A stretch of 50,371 nt of DNA, from assembly GCA_004367365.1 (NCBI GenBank), contig SESX01000001.1:1-50371 (forward strand). Direction: 5' to 3'. Numbering within the stretch: position 1 is the first letter of the stretch; each line of letters starts with the position of its first letter. Positions 36,895 to 46,294 of the stretch are shown in pieces. The notes beneath the pieces were generated by a model. The model searched no databases. It saw only the letters and a list, made by a program, of their open reading frames with translations, and had not been told where the DNA came from. The stretch comes from Candidatus Acetocimmeria pyornia (GTDB taxonomy: Bacteria; Bacillota; Sulfobacillia; UBA3575). The position numbers and the translations under genes are program-made.

Positions 36895-37683
36895 TCAGCC
36901 TGCTGCCTGGCAGCGGCAGGATCTTCTCTCTCCCATTTCTCCCAGGTACGAAACAGCCAGAAGGATGAGCTCCCTCAAGGCCGGGGTTTTCTCAGCCATC
37001 AAGGCTGAAACCTCTGCGTGGGATAAAGGTTCGCACCCCAGGCCGGCCGCGAAATTGGTGACCACCGCCACAAGGCCAAAACAGATTCCTGCCTCCCGGG
37101 CTAGGACTACTTCCGGAATCCCGGTCATCCCGACCAAGTCAGCCCCCCAGCCCTGGAAGATCCTGATTTCGGCCGGCGTCTCGTACCGTGGTCCCTCGGT
37201 ACAAAGGTAGGTTGCACCGTCATGGGCGGCTACCCCCCGGTCTGCGGCCGCCCGCAGCAAGGCTTTCCTGATGTCTGGACAATAGGGTTCGGTAAAATCA
37301 GTATGTACAACAGGGTCACCGGGCCTGTCGTAAAAGGTGGACGGCCGGTTTCGGGTGAAATCAATAAACTGGTCCACCACCACGAAACTCCCAGGGGGCA
37401 GGTGGGGCTGCAGGGAACCAACCGCACCGGTCGCAATAACCCTTTTCACTTGCAGCCACTTGAGGGCCCAGATATTGGCCCGGTAGTTAATCCTGTGGGG
37501 GGGCAGGCGGTGTTCAGGCCCGTGCCGGGGCAGGAAAAACACGGGGATCTTCCCCGGTCCACGGCCTGCCCAGACCACGGTATCACCGTAAGGCGTGATC
37601 ACTTTTTCCCGCCGGGGTTCACTTGAAAAGGCAGGCTCGTAAACCCCGGTCCCGCCGATGATGGCCACCCTGGTCTCAGTCAC
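36895..37683 (-). CDS. mtnP: S-methyl-5'-thioadenosine phosphorylase
   Basis: VAIIGGTGVY, FLPRHG..H..PPH.INYRANIWALK, EGPRYET.AE, GADLVGMT. GTG at 37683 is preferred. Confidence 0.85.
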   Translation of the reverse strand: MTETRVAIIGGTGVYEPAFSSEPRREKVITPYGDTVVWAGRGPGKIPVFFLPRHGPEHRLPPHRINYRANIWALKWLQVKRVIATGAVGSLQPHLPPGSFVVVDQFIDFTRNRPSTFYDRPGDPVVHTDFTEPYCPDIRKALLRAAADRGVAAHDGATYLCTEGPRYETPAEIRIFQGWGADLVGMTGIPEVVLAREAGICFGLVAVVTNFAAGLGCEPLSHAEVSALMAEKTPALRELILLAVSYLGEMGERRSCRCQAAG

Positions 37684-37855
37684 GGAAGCAGTGCTCCCCC
37701 TTTCCAGCCACAGGCTGGTAGTTAGAATGTACGGTCCGCGGCAGGTCACCGCCCCGGAGCTTATCTCCCACCTCTGTCCTCTTCAATTGACGGTATATTT
37801 TCATCATGCTATACTTTAACACATACGGCACAAATTAGCACACGGAGGCTCTAGA

Positions 37856-38527
37856 TTGGACACCAGGTCCTTTGCCCACGGGGTCAAAAGCGCTGTACCC
37901 ATTGTCCTGGGTTACATACCAATTGGTTTTGCCTACGGGGTTATTGCCCGTGGGATAGGTCTCACCGTACCGGAAGCCACCGCGATGTCCATCCTGGTCT
38001 ACGCCGGCTCAGCCCAGTTTATCGCCACGGGACTGCTAGCAGCCGGTGCCGGTCCGATGACCATTATTGCCACCACTTTTCTTGTCAACCTCCGTCACCT
38101 CTTAATGAGTGCCGCCCTTTTGCCCGGTCTCCGGCATCTTTCCCCTAAGCTCCTGGCTGTGCTTTCATTTGGGATCACCGACGAATCCTTTGCCGTGGCC
38201 AGCCTGGAACTAGAAAACGCCAGGAACGCCGGGTCTTTCCTACTGGGGCTCAACCTCACCAGTTACGTCTCCTGGATCGCCAGTTCGGCCGGAGGGGCCT
38301 GGTTCGGTTCTCTCTTCCCGGACACCGACCGGTTCGGCCTTGATTTTGCTTTACCCGCGATGTTCATCGCCCTACTCATTTTCCAAATACGGGAACACCG
38401 CTACTGGGTGGTGGCAATCCTTGCCGGCATAGCCTCTGTCGGGTTAGCTCTCCTTTTGCCGGGAAATTGGAATATTATCCTTGCCACCTTGGTCGGAGCG
38501 ACCGTGGGGATGGTGATGGAAAGATGA
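37856..38527 (+). CDS. azlC: AzlC-family branched-chain amino acid exporter subunit
   Basis: GYIPIGFAYGV, YAGSAQF, NLRH. Followed by an overlapping azlD. Confidence 0.85.
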   Translation: MDTRSFAHGVKSAVPIVLGYIPIGFAYGVIARGIGLTVPEATAMSILVYAGSAQFIATGLLAAGAGPMTIIATTFLVNLRHLLMSAALLPGLRHLSPKLLAVLSFGITDESFAVASLELENARNAGSFLLGLNLTSYVSWIASSAGGAWFGSLFPDTDRFGLDFALPAMFIALLIFQIREHRYWVVAILAGIASVGLALLLPGNWNIILATLVGATVGMVMER

Positions 38528-38850
38528 GGCTGACCCTTCTTCTCCTTTACACCGGCATGGCCCTGGTCACCTACCTGCCACGCATGTTACCACTGGTATT
38601 ACTGAGCAGAATCGGCCTTCCTCTCTGGCTGCGCCGGTGGCTAAGCTATGTCCCCGTCGCAGTCCTGGCTGCCCTCTTGCTTCCTTCCATCACCATGGTG
38701 GACGGTCGCCTGTTCCTGGTTCCTTCCAACAAGTTCCTAATCGTCTCCCTGCCAACCTTTCTGGTGGCAGCCAGGACCAGAAGCCTGGTTCTCACCGTCT
38801 CCTTCGGAATTATAACCATGTTCTTGTTCAAGGTCTGGTTTCCGGGGTAG
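38524..38850 (+). CDS. azlD: AzlD-family membrane protein
   Basis: ATGA start/stop overlap with azlC. Typical 108-aa hydrophobic protein (YLPRMLPLVL). Confidence 0.75.
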   Translation: MRLTLLLLYTGMALVTYLPRMLPLVLLSRIGLPLWLRRWLSYVPVAVLAALLLPSITMVDGRLFLVPSNKFLIVSLPTFLVAARTRSLVLTVSFGIITMFLFKVWFPG

Positions 38851-38855
38851 GGGTG

Positions 38856-39317
38856 TTACTTGAAATCCTCCGCCACCCAGGGCTCCAAGCTGCGCGTGTA
38901 GTCCACAAGTTCTTCAGTGCTGAAGAAAAGGTCCAGCTCCCGCTGCGCGGATTCCGGGGAATCAGACCCGTGTACAATGTTCTGCCCGACATCAAGGCCG
39001 TAATCGCCGCGGATGGTGCCTGGTGGGGCTTCGGCCGGGTCAGTGGGGCCCATGACCTTTCGAATCACCGAAACCGCCTTTGGCCCCCTCCATGCCATGG
39101 CCACCACAGGCCCGGAGGTAATGAAATCCATCAGCCCCTCGTAGAAGGGTTTGCCCTGGTGCTCCCGGTAGTGGGTCTCGGCCATCTCCCGCGAGATCCT
39201 CAACATCTTTAAGGCAACCAGGCGCAGCCCCTTGGCTTCCAGCCGTCTGATTACTTCACCCACCAGACCTCGCTGCACCCCATCTGGTTTGATCATGACA
39301 AAGCTCGTTTCTCTCAT
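38856..39317 (-). CDS. ndk: Nucleoside diphosphate kinase
   Basis: [29 protein letters not shown]. Confidence 0.95.
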   Translation of the reverse strand: MRETSFVMIKPDGVQRGLVGEVIRRLEAKGLRLVALKMLRISREMAETHYREHQGKPFYEGLMDFITSGPVVAMAWRGPKAVSVIRKVMGPTDPAEAPPGTIRGDYGLDVGQNIVHGSDSPESAQRELDLFFSTEELVDYTRSLEPWVAEDFK

Positions 39318-39476
39318 CTAAACAACCTCCGTCATCAGAACTCTACCGTCAGCCAGGTTTCATGGTTTGTGACATGGCCACCTTCTCCCCACCTCGCTGC
39401 TTCAAGGTGCAACAAGCTCGGTAGTGGAGAAGGTATGGTTAACAGGGCCTGGCTAGGGGGTTTCGGACCTGGGGAC

Positions 39477-40550
39477 TCAGCCCGTAAAGGACCTTACCAT
39501 CTCCGCGTTGAGCCTCGTGACCACCGCGGTCATCAGTCGGACCGCGTTGTCATAATCATCGCGGTCAATGATCCCGAGATGGCTGTGTATGTAACGAGTT
39601 GGCACCCCAACCACCAGGCTGGGTACCCCCTGGGAGTGGATGTGGATCCGTCCCGCGTCTGTACCCCCTCTAGGCATCACATCGAACTGGTAAGGAATCC
39701 CTTCCCTTTCAGCGGTATCAATAGCAAAATCACGGAGCTTGATATTGGGGACCATGCTGGCATCGTACAGCAAGATGCTTGGACCGGCCCCCAGTTTCTC
39801 CTGGGCTTCGTGTCTTTTCACGCCGGGGACATCACCGGCGATACCCACTTCCAGGGCAAAGGCCACGTCCGGCGCAACGGCGCTGGCACTGGTGGTGGCA
39901 CCACGCAGGCCGACTTCCTCCTGAACGGTTCCCACCCCGAACACCTGGTTCGGGTGGTCCATATCATGGAGGTTCTTGAAGATATCCACGATCAGGCCGC
40001 AACCCACCCGGTCATCCCAGGCCTTGGCCATCAGGAGACGTTGGTTTTTCATGGGCGTGAAGGAAACTGCCGGCACCACCGGGTCCCCAGGACGGACCCA
40101 GCGGCGCGCCTCCTCCTCTCCGGAAGCACCAATATCAATAAACATATTCTTGATCTTGACAATTTCTTTTCTTTCCTCTTCAGTCAAGATATGGGGAGGC
40201 TTGGACCCAATGACGCCAGGGATGTCGCCGTCCTTGGACTTAATAATCACCTTCTGGGCCAGCAGAACCTGTTCCCACCACCCCCCCAGGGGGACGAACT
40301 TGACGAATCCTTCTTCGGTGATGCTGGTTACCATGAACCCGATTTCGTCCATGTGGGCAGCCAGCATCACTTTGGGTCCATTCCGCCCTTGGCTGCTTTC
40401 CTTCAAGGCCAAAAGGCTTCCCAACTTATCCTGGCGGATCTGGGCCAGGGGTTCCAGGTAACGACGTAAGACCTCGCGAACCTCTTCTTCGTAGCCAGGC
40501 AAACCGGAGGCCTCGGTCAGTTCCTGCAGAAGCTTGTTTCTATCACTCAC
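39477..40550 (-). CDS. M42-family aminopeptidase (YsdC/FrvX-like)
   Basis: AHMDEIGF, WDDRVG, VQEEVGLRGA, GGTDAG. GTG at 40550 lies 7 nt after an AAAGGAGG RBS. Confidence 0.85.
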   Translation of the reverse strand: MSDRNKLLQELTEASGLPGYEEEVREVLRRYLEPLAQIRQDKLGSLLALKESSQGRNGPKVMLAAHMDEIGFMVTSITEEGFVKFVPLGGWWEQVLLAQKVIIKSKDGDIPGVIGSKPPHILTEEERKEIVKIKNMFIDIGASGEEEARRWVRPGDPVVPAVSFTPMKNQRLLMAKAWDDRVGCGLIVDIFKNLHDMDHPNQVFGVGTVQEEVGLRGATTSASAVAPDVAFALEVGIAGDVPGVKRHEAQEKLGAGPSILLYDASMVPNIKLRDFAIDTAEREGIPYQFDVMPRGGTDAGRIHIHSQGVPSLVVGVPTRYIHSHLGIIDRDDYDNAVRLMTAVVTRLNAEMVRSFTG

Positions 40551-40784
40551 CTTCCCACCTCCTTTCCACTGGTTATGATACCCAATCATACCTTCTTGAA
40601 CGAAGGCCCTTGTTTTGTGTTTTTTCCTTTTGCGAATACCCAGAAAAACGATAAGCCCTGCACCTTTTCCGGCTCGCAGGGCTTCTACCCCAATCCAGTG
40701 TCGGGGTCATCGTCTCTGGATGACACGATTAAGGACCCTCTCCTTTCTCAACAGACGGTCCTAAAGATTCCTCGGTACTAACCT

Positions 40785-41156
40785 TCAACCTGCCGCTTTC
40801 TTTTCAGCAGGAAACATGCCGCGCTTCATTTCCGTGGCTGTAATATCCTTGGCCTTGAATTTCTCTACGACATAATTGCAGGCCGTCCAGGGGTTGACCC
40901 TGTCCCCGCAGGTGAACACATCCAAGGCCGCATAACCCAATTCCGGCCAGGTGTGAATGGCCAGGTGGGATTCAGAAATAACTACCACACCACTGATTCC
41001 CTGAGGGCTGAAGCGGTGCAAAGCAACTTCCCTCACTTCAGCTCCAGCCTTTAAAGCTGCCTGAACCAGAACCTCTCGGACCTTTTCGAGATCATTGAGC
41101 ACCGCAAAATCACATCCGTAGATTTCGGCCAGGACATGCCGACCCAGGGCTTCCAT
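40785..41156 (-). CDS. speD: S-adenosylmethionine decarboxylase proenzyme (SpeH type)
   Basis: GRHVLAEIYGCD, and the self-cleavage site ISESHLAIHTWPE. Confidence 0.9.
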   Translation of the reverse strand: MEALGRHVLAEIYGCDFAVLNDLEKVREVLVQAALKAGAEVREVALHRFSPQGISGVVVISESHLAIHTWPELGYAALDVFTCGDRVNPWTACNYVVEKFKAKDITATEMKRGMFPAEKKAAG

Positions 41157-41254
41157 CTCATTATCAACCCCCTATCCCTTAACCTTTTGGCTATAGTTTT
41201 CACCTCGCCTAGTTACCAGTTTTTGCCTGTCACTAACCTTAATTAGCAACTAAA

Positions 41255-41282
41255 ATCTTAACACCTTTTCCTGATTTGTCAA
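41255..41282 (-). promoter_or_regulatory. Predicted sigma-A promoter for speD
   Basis: The minus strand reads TTGACA, 16-nt spacer (ending TGT), TAAGAT, which is an extended -10. Confidence 0.5.
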
Positions 41283-41476
41283 TAGATTATACGCCCAAAC
41301 TGCTCGAAACAAAGAACCTTGAAAAAAGGAACTTTATGGAAACAAGAGCTCAAAAAACCGATGCAACCAGACAGACTTTGCCAGGTAACCTGTGCAAGAT
41401 ACACACTTGGATTCACACTACGGCAGAAAGTTTTCGCCGCAAGAGGGAAGATTCCTCCCTTTTTACCCTTCCTTTT

Positions 41477-41971
41477 TCAGAAACCACCTCCAACCAAGAG
41501 CTGAGCCAGAAAACCGGCCAGGGGTGGGAAGATCGAGGTTACCACAACCCGAACCAAGGTGAAACGAGGGCCCATGAGGGCGAGTTCGAAGGACAAGATT
41601 CCGGTATTCCAGAGAGCCCAGCCGGTGATAAAGGAAACTGCCGTCCCCAGGCTGGCCCCGGCCCGAAAAACCGAAGCCATAATGGGAAAAGAAACATACG
41701 GACCTCCGGGAATAAGGGCGCCCGCAAAACTACCCATGAGAATCGCCCTCCAACCGGCATCATCACCAAGCCAGGTTCGGACCAGCTCCGGGGGGATGAG
41801 GACCTCCAGGAACCCAGCGAGCACAAAGGCCGCAAGGAGCAAAGGAAACATTCCGACCAGCATCCGGCCCCCGGTCCTGACACCTTTCCAGTGGAGGTTA
41901 CCCCCCCTGGTGTAGGCGTAAAGAAATAATCCGGTGGCAACCAGGGCCAGGAGAAACGTGATTCCACTCAT
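41477..41971 (-). CDS. Half-size permease subunit (DUF318/YraQ-like), second of a pair
   Basis: 164 aa and hydrophobic. Paralogous to the upstream neighbour (shared GALIPGGPYV..P block). The start overlaps the neighbour's stop. Confidence 0.6.
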   Translation of the reverse strand: MSGITFLLALVATGLFLYAYTRGGNLHWKGVRTGGRMLVGMFPLLLAAFVLAGFLEVLIPPELVRTWLGDDAGWRAILMGSFAGALIPGGPYVSFPIMASVFRAGASLGTAVSFITGWALWNTGILSFELALMGPRFTLVRVVVTSIFPPLAGFLAQLLVGGGF

Positions 41972-42498
41972 GATGATTCTTTCCCCCTCTCCCCAATTAA
42001 CAAGGTGTTGCCGAACAGGACCTGGGCAGCCAGGCCCATCAGCGGGGGGAAAAGAAGGGTTACCAGAAACCTAGTGACGGTGAGCTTAGGTCCAAGAAGG
42101 GCAAATTCCAAGGGCAACCGGCTTACCGCCCACAGGTTCTTAGCTGTTACGAAAGAAATGATGGTACCGATGTCTGCCCCGGCCTTGAGGAAAGAAACGG
42201 CGATGGGGTAATAGACGTAGGGCCCGCCCGGGATTAGGGCTCCAGCCAAGCCTCCAATCAGGATCCCGCGCAGCCCTGATTCCCTGCCCAGCCACCTGGC
42301 AATGGTTTTCTCCGAGATAACCGCCTGGATGAGGCCTGCCACGGTGAAAGCCGCCAGGATCAACAGGGCTACACTGGTCATGATCCCGGCACCTCTGCCT
42401 ATACCAGCCCAGACCAGGGACCAACCACCTTGGATATAGGCTACCACCCCTAGAATGGCAGCTGCGACAGCCAATGCGATGGTTGTCTTCTTCTGCAT
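41968..42498 (-). CDS. Half-size permease subunit (DUF318/YraQ-like), first of a pair
   Basis: 176 aa and hydrophobic, with GLAGALIPGGPYVYYPIA and LFPPL blocks mirrored in 41477-41971. Confidence 0.6.
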   Translation of the reverse strand: MQKKTTIALAVAAAILGVVAYIQGGWSLVWAGIGRGAGIMTSVALLILAAFTVAGLIQAVISEKTIARWLGRESGLRGILIGGLAGALIPGGPYVYYPIAVSFLKAGADIGTIISFVTAKNLWAVSRLPLEFALLGPKLTVTRFLVTLLFPPLMGLAAQVLFGNTLLIGERGKESS

Positions 42499-42690
42499 CC
42501 ATCATCCCCCCAGGTTGCCATTACACAACAATACCCGTAACGGCACGGTGAATTCTTCTGATGCCCGCGATGCTCCTTGTTCATGGTCAACCACGGACAA
42601 TGCACCAGGTAACACCTAAACCACTTTAAACACCCGGCTGCTTTTAACGGTATAACATTTCTTGAGCCCTGGCAAGCCCCAAGAAGGCCT

Positions 42691-44910
42691 CTATGCTGCT
42701 CTTTCCAGCTCCCGGAGAAGAAGGTAGATGAGGGTCGCGGTGGCATAAATCATGGTGGTAGCGGCAGCCACCACGCCGGAATCATTGACCACCAGGGCAG
42801 TGAGACTGGCCACGGTCACCCCTGAAAACCCCACACCGAGGTATGGATACTTCTGAATGATCCTCTGGAACAGTCCTACCGGCCTGAAGACCAGGAAAGC
42901 GAAGGTTCCTAGGGATGTCAGGAGCACCCGGCTCCAGATGGTCCACCGGATAAGTTTCAGGTTAAGGGCAATCTTGCGGGAAAGGATGGCCCAGAGCGCT
43001 CCAAACCCCTCTGCCCTGACGATGGTGACGGTCCTTGCCACGTGGGACCGGGGGGTATCACTGCCAAAAAAGTCGAGGGCCACCATGGAGGCAACAGCCG
43101 CCACGGGGACCAAAAAGGGAAGGAGCCACAACCGGCTGGGTGTTCTGCCGGGGTAGTAGAGCCTTACCATTACGTAAGTATAGGCCGCCGCAGCGCTGAG
43201 AATACCCCCCAGGTTAGCCCCCAGGCGGGGAGAGGCCAACAGGTACAGGACAACGGCAAAAACAGCAACCGCGCAACCCTTCAACAGCTTTTGGGACGCC
43301 GTGAAACGGTCTACAAGTCCGGTAGTTCCAATAAGGGTGGCACCCAAGAGAACTCCCATGTACTCGTTTCCGATTCCGTAGTAACGAGCCCCGCCAATGG
43401 TTGAATACCCCATGGGAGAATCCATCATCAACCTCGCCCCGGTTGAGGTGTCCAGGATAAGGATCACCCCTGTCGCCAAGGACACCGCCAGAAAGGGGTC
43501 AATGGGCCCCGGACCAGCCCGCAGGAGGACAGAGGTCACCACCACCGTGGCCACGATGACAACAGTAAAGGCGGTAACCAAGTTGCCGCGGGCCACCCAG
43601 GGTACAAGGAGAAAGGTCAGGGGGATGACCGTCAGGGAAAGAAGAAAAGGGCGCAGGGACCGGTTGAGCCGTTTCTTGGCCAGGACGGCAACCGTGGCTG
43701 CCAAGAGGACTACGATTTCGGAGATCACGTAGGCCTTCAGGAGCGGGCCCCGGACACGGATATTATTCAGGGCCCTGGTATGTACCTGCCGAAGAAGGAG
43801 GGCAGGATCCTCGGTCGGACGGCTCCCTAGGGGCCTCCCCACCATGGATGGGGGCAACTCTACCCCAAGGAAGGCTGCAATGGTCGCCCCCAGGTCTGCA
43901 GGGGTTGCCACACCCGGACGACGGGTGGTGACCGAATCAACAACCCCCGGTACAACCCCCCCGCCGGCCATGATGAGCGGGGTGAAGGTATCCCCTTCGG
44001 ACTGTTTTCGCCCGGGCGGAAGGGGGGAGTAAATCAAAAGGAGGTCCCGGTTCGGGTCCATTCCTTCCCATACATCGCCAATGAAGCCGTCAAAACGCTC
44101 AAGGAACAAGGATGTCTGGCGCCTGGCCACCCCGGGCCTCATGAACTTGCGGTACCCTTCCAGGCGTGATGAATCCCCGGTCTCCACCACCACGAAATCG
44201 GCTTCGGACAGGGCCTGCCGGTAAGCAGCTGCCAGTTTACGCCAGTCAGTCCGAAGACCAAAGGGAGAGCTGGGGTCCGCGGTAAGAAGATGGGCCGAAA
44301 CCTCACCACGATCTACACGGCCACGGCGGTCCATGGCAATGGTTACAGCGTGTCGACCGTGCTCACCCTGGTAATCGGCATTACCCACCACCGCTGTACG
44401 AAGGCCGGCCTGGTGGAGGGCATCCCCAAGGACGGCCATCTCAAAGGTAGCCGTCCGGACCTCTTCACTTTCCAGGAAAGGAACAAGACCCAAATGGACC
44501 ACGGCCGCCCCACCGGGTTCAGAACCCATGTGACGCTTGTACACTTCGTTGACAGGGGTTCCCCGGTAGTTCTCGCCGGTATTGAAGCCCAAGCCTGCCT
44601 CCGGTGGGGCAGAAGGTACTGGAGCCCCTGCCCCCACCGCGGCGTACGCTTCGGCTGGTTTCCGGGCCGGCTTAGAATTCACCAGGCCCAAGGCTCCTTT
44701 TCGGACCAGTCGTTGTAATTGAGGGTAGGTGGGCTCCAGTAACAACCAGGGGTCAAGGAAATTGGCAACAACCAGGACCACTTTCCCGGCACCCGTTCCG
44801 GGCGAGGAGGCCGGTGCAGCCGGTTCGGCCGCTGCCGGTAAGGGTACGAGGGGCAAGAACAGCAAAGGCAGGGTTAGAATCGACAGGACTAACCAGCGTC
44901 TCGCCCACAC
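42691..44910 (-). CDS. Large membrane protein: signal peptide, extracytoplasmic alkaline-phosphatase-superfamily-like domain, then an 11-12 TM C-terminal domain
   Basis: Signal-like N-terminus. A TTRRPGVATPADLGATIAAFLG block resembling the C-terminal strand-helix of AP/sulfatase-type folds. Then about 370 aa of TM segments. Overlaps the upstream GT4 gene by 22 nt. Confidence 0.55.
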   Translation of the reverse strand: MWARRWLVLSILTLPLLFLPLVPLPAAAEPAAPASSPGTGAGKVVLVVANFLDPWLLLEPTYPQLQRLVRKGALGLVNSKPARKPAEAYAAVGAGAPVPSAPPEAGLGFNTGENYRGTPVNEVYKRHMGSEPGGAAVVHLGLVPFLESEEVRTATFEMAVLGDALHQAGLRTAVVGNADYQGEHGRHAVTIAMDRRGRVDRGEVSAHLLTADPSSPFGLRTDWRKLAAAYRQALSEADFVVVETGDSSRLEGYRKFMRPGVARRQTSLFLERFDGFIGDVWEGMDPNRDLLLIYSPLPPGRKQSEGDTFTPLIMAGGGVVPGVVDSVTTRRPGVATPADLGATIAAFLGVELPPSMVGRPLGSRPTEDPALLLRQVHTRALNNIRVRGPLLKAYVISEIVVLLAATVAVLAKKRLNRSLRPFLLSLTVIPLTFLLVPWVARGNLVTAFTVVIVATVVVTSVLLRAGPGPIDPFLAVSLATGVILILDTSTGARLMMDSPMGYSTIGGARYYGIGNEYMGVLLGATLIGTTGLVDRFTASQKLLKGCAVAVFAVVLYLLASPRLGANLGGILSAAAAYTYVMVRLYYPGRTPSRLWLLPFLVPVAAVASMVALDFFGSDTPRSHVARTVTIVRAEGFGALWAILSRKIALNLKLIRWTIWSRVLLTSLGTFAFLVFRPVGLFQRIIQKYPYLGVGFSGVTVASLTALVVNDSGVVAAATTMIYATATLIYLLLRELERAA

Positions 44911-46034
44911 AGTGAATCGTATACCTCCTCGGTCTTCTCAGCCATTTTCGAAAGGGGGTAATGACGCTCAACATGTTGCCGTGCGGACCGCCCAAGGCGG
45001 TTCCTTTTCTCTGGGTCGGCCAGCAGGGAAAGGGCCGCCCGGGCCAGGCTCACAGGATCACGGGTGCCGACAACCAGGCCCCGTTCCCCCGTCTCCCCCA
45101 CCAGTTCCACCATCCCCCCTACCCGGGTCACGACGCTCGGCTTGGCCATGGCCATGGCTTCTAAGAGGGAAACTGATTGCCCTTCAGAAACCGAGGGAAG
45201 GAGAAAAAGGTCAAGGGCCGCCAGGACCCTGGTTATATCCTGCCGGTAACCGGTGAAGGTAACGGCGTCAGCAATGCCCAGGGACCGGGCCTGTTCTTCC
45301 AGGTACTGCCTGAGGGGGCCGTCTCCGGTGATGACAAAGTGGGTATTGGCAAGATGATGCCTGACCAATGGAATGGCCTCCAACAAGAACTCAAGCCCTT
45401 TCTCCGGTACAAGGCGGCCCACGGTTCCCACCAGGTAAACCCCGCGGGGAAGACCCAGTTCGCGGCGAAAGGGGTCCCCTGGGACGGCAGGGTTGAATTT
45501 GTCCAGGTCAATACCATTGGGGATCACGATTATTTTCCCCGCCAATCCCCGGCACCGTCTTACCATTTCCTTGGCCACCGCCTGGGAAACGGCGATGGTC
45601 CTGTGACAGCGGGCGGCAACCTTAACCTCACCCCAGGCGTACAGTTTTTGCTTCAAGGGATGAACCGTAGGCCGGGCTGGAAATCCATGGGCGGTGTAAA
45701 CCACCTTTACCGGCCGGCTCCTCGAGGCGGCCAAGGCAACCAGGCCTGACTTGGCTCCATGCAGGTGGAGGAGCGAAAAATGGCCTTGGTCAAGGAGAGA
45801 TCCAAGGGCTTGGCAGGCGTAATAATCGGCCAGGGGCCGAAGGCCGTCAGAAATAGCCAGGGGAAAAAAATCAATACCCAGGGACCGGCACCGTTCCCGC
45901 CACCAGGTATCATCCGGGGCTGCCAGTGCCGGGTGGTAGCGGTTCCGGTTGAGCTGGGTGATGAGGGAGCAGACGTGTTCCCTCATCCCCCCTACCGCCG
46001 GTCGGGTAATGTAGAGCAGGTTGACCACACTCAC
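44889..46034 (-). CDS. Family 4 glycosyltransferase (GT-B, GT1/GT4)
   Basis: E..G..LLEAMAMAKP.V.T.VGG signature. GTG start lies 7 nt after a GGGGGAGG RBS. Confidence 0.85.
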   Translation of the reverse strand: MSVVNLLYITRPAVGGMREHVCSLITQLNRNRYHPALAAPDDTWWRERCRSLGIDFFPLAISDGLRPLADYYACQALGSLLDQGHFSLLHLHGAKSGLVALAASRSRPVKVVYTAHGFPARPTVHPLKQKLYAWGEVKVAARCHRTIAVSQAVAKEMVRRCRGLAGKIIVIPNGIDLDKFNPAVPGDPFRRELGLPRGVYLVGTVGRLVPEKGLEFLLEAIPLVRHHLANTHFVITGDGPLRQYLEEQARSLGIADAVTFTGYRQDITRVLAALDLFLLPSVSEGQSVSLLEAMAMAKPSVVTRVGGMVELVGETGERGLVVGTRDPVSLARAALSLLADPEKRNRLGRSARQHVERHYPLSKMAEKTEEVYDSLCGRDAG

Positions 46035-46193
46035 TCGGCCGCCTCCCCCGAGCTATTGCCATCTTTCATTATTTCCCTTTTGCAACCAGTTAACGCGCCA
46101 AGCTCTCCCCTTCTTGGGTGCTTCCCAAGGGTTTGCTCGTGTATGGTATCGCGGTGTCGCAGTGTCGCGGGACCCGGGCTCCATTGGCAGACC

Positions 46194-46245
46194 TTGCAGC
46201 GTACACTTGCAGCATACACCTGGAGCGTACACCTGTAGCGTACAG
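46194..46245. repeat. Tandem 13-nt repeat, four units (TTGCAGCGTACAC / TTGCAGCATACAC / CTGGAGCGTACAC / CTGTAGCGTACAG)
   Basis: Read directly from the sequence. An adjacent GTGTCGC direct repeat occurs at 46154-46160 and 46162-46168. Confidence 0.9.
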
Positions 46246-46294
46246 GAGAAGGTATCGATATTGGCCAGGGTTTTTTGGTATCTTTTTATCAATA

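Noticed and set aside
39369-40469. 366-aa plus-strand ORF opposite the M42 peptidase
   Set aside because: It is antisense to a gene with clear family motifs and has no recognisable domains. The same reasoning applies to 35267-35962, 36162-36968, 31672-32448 and 23069-23599.
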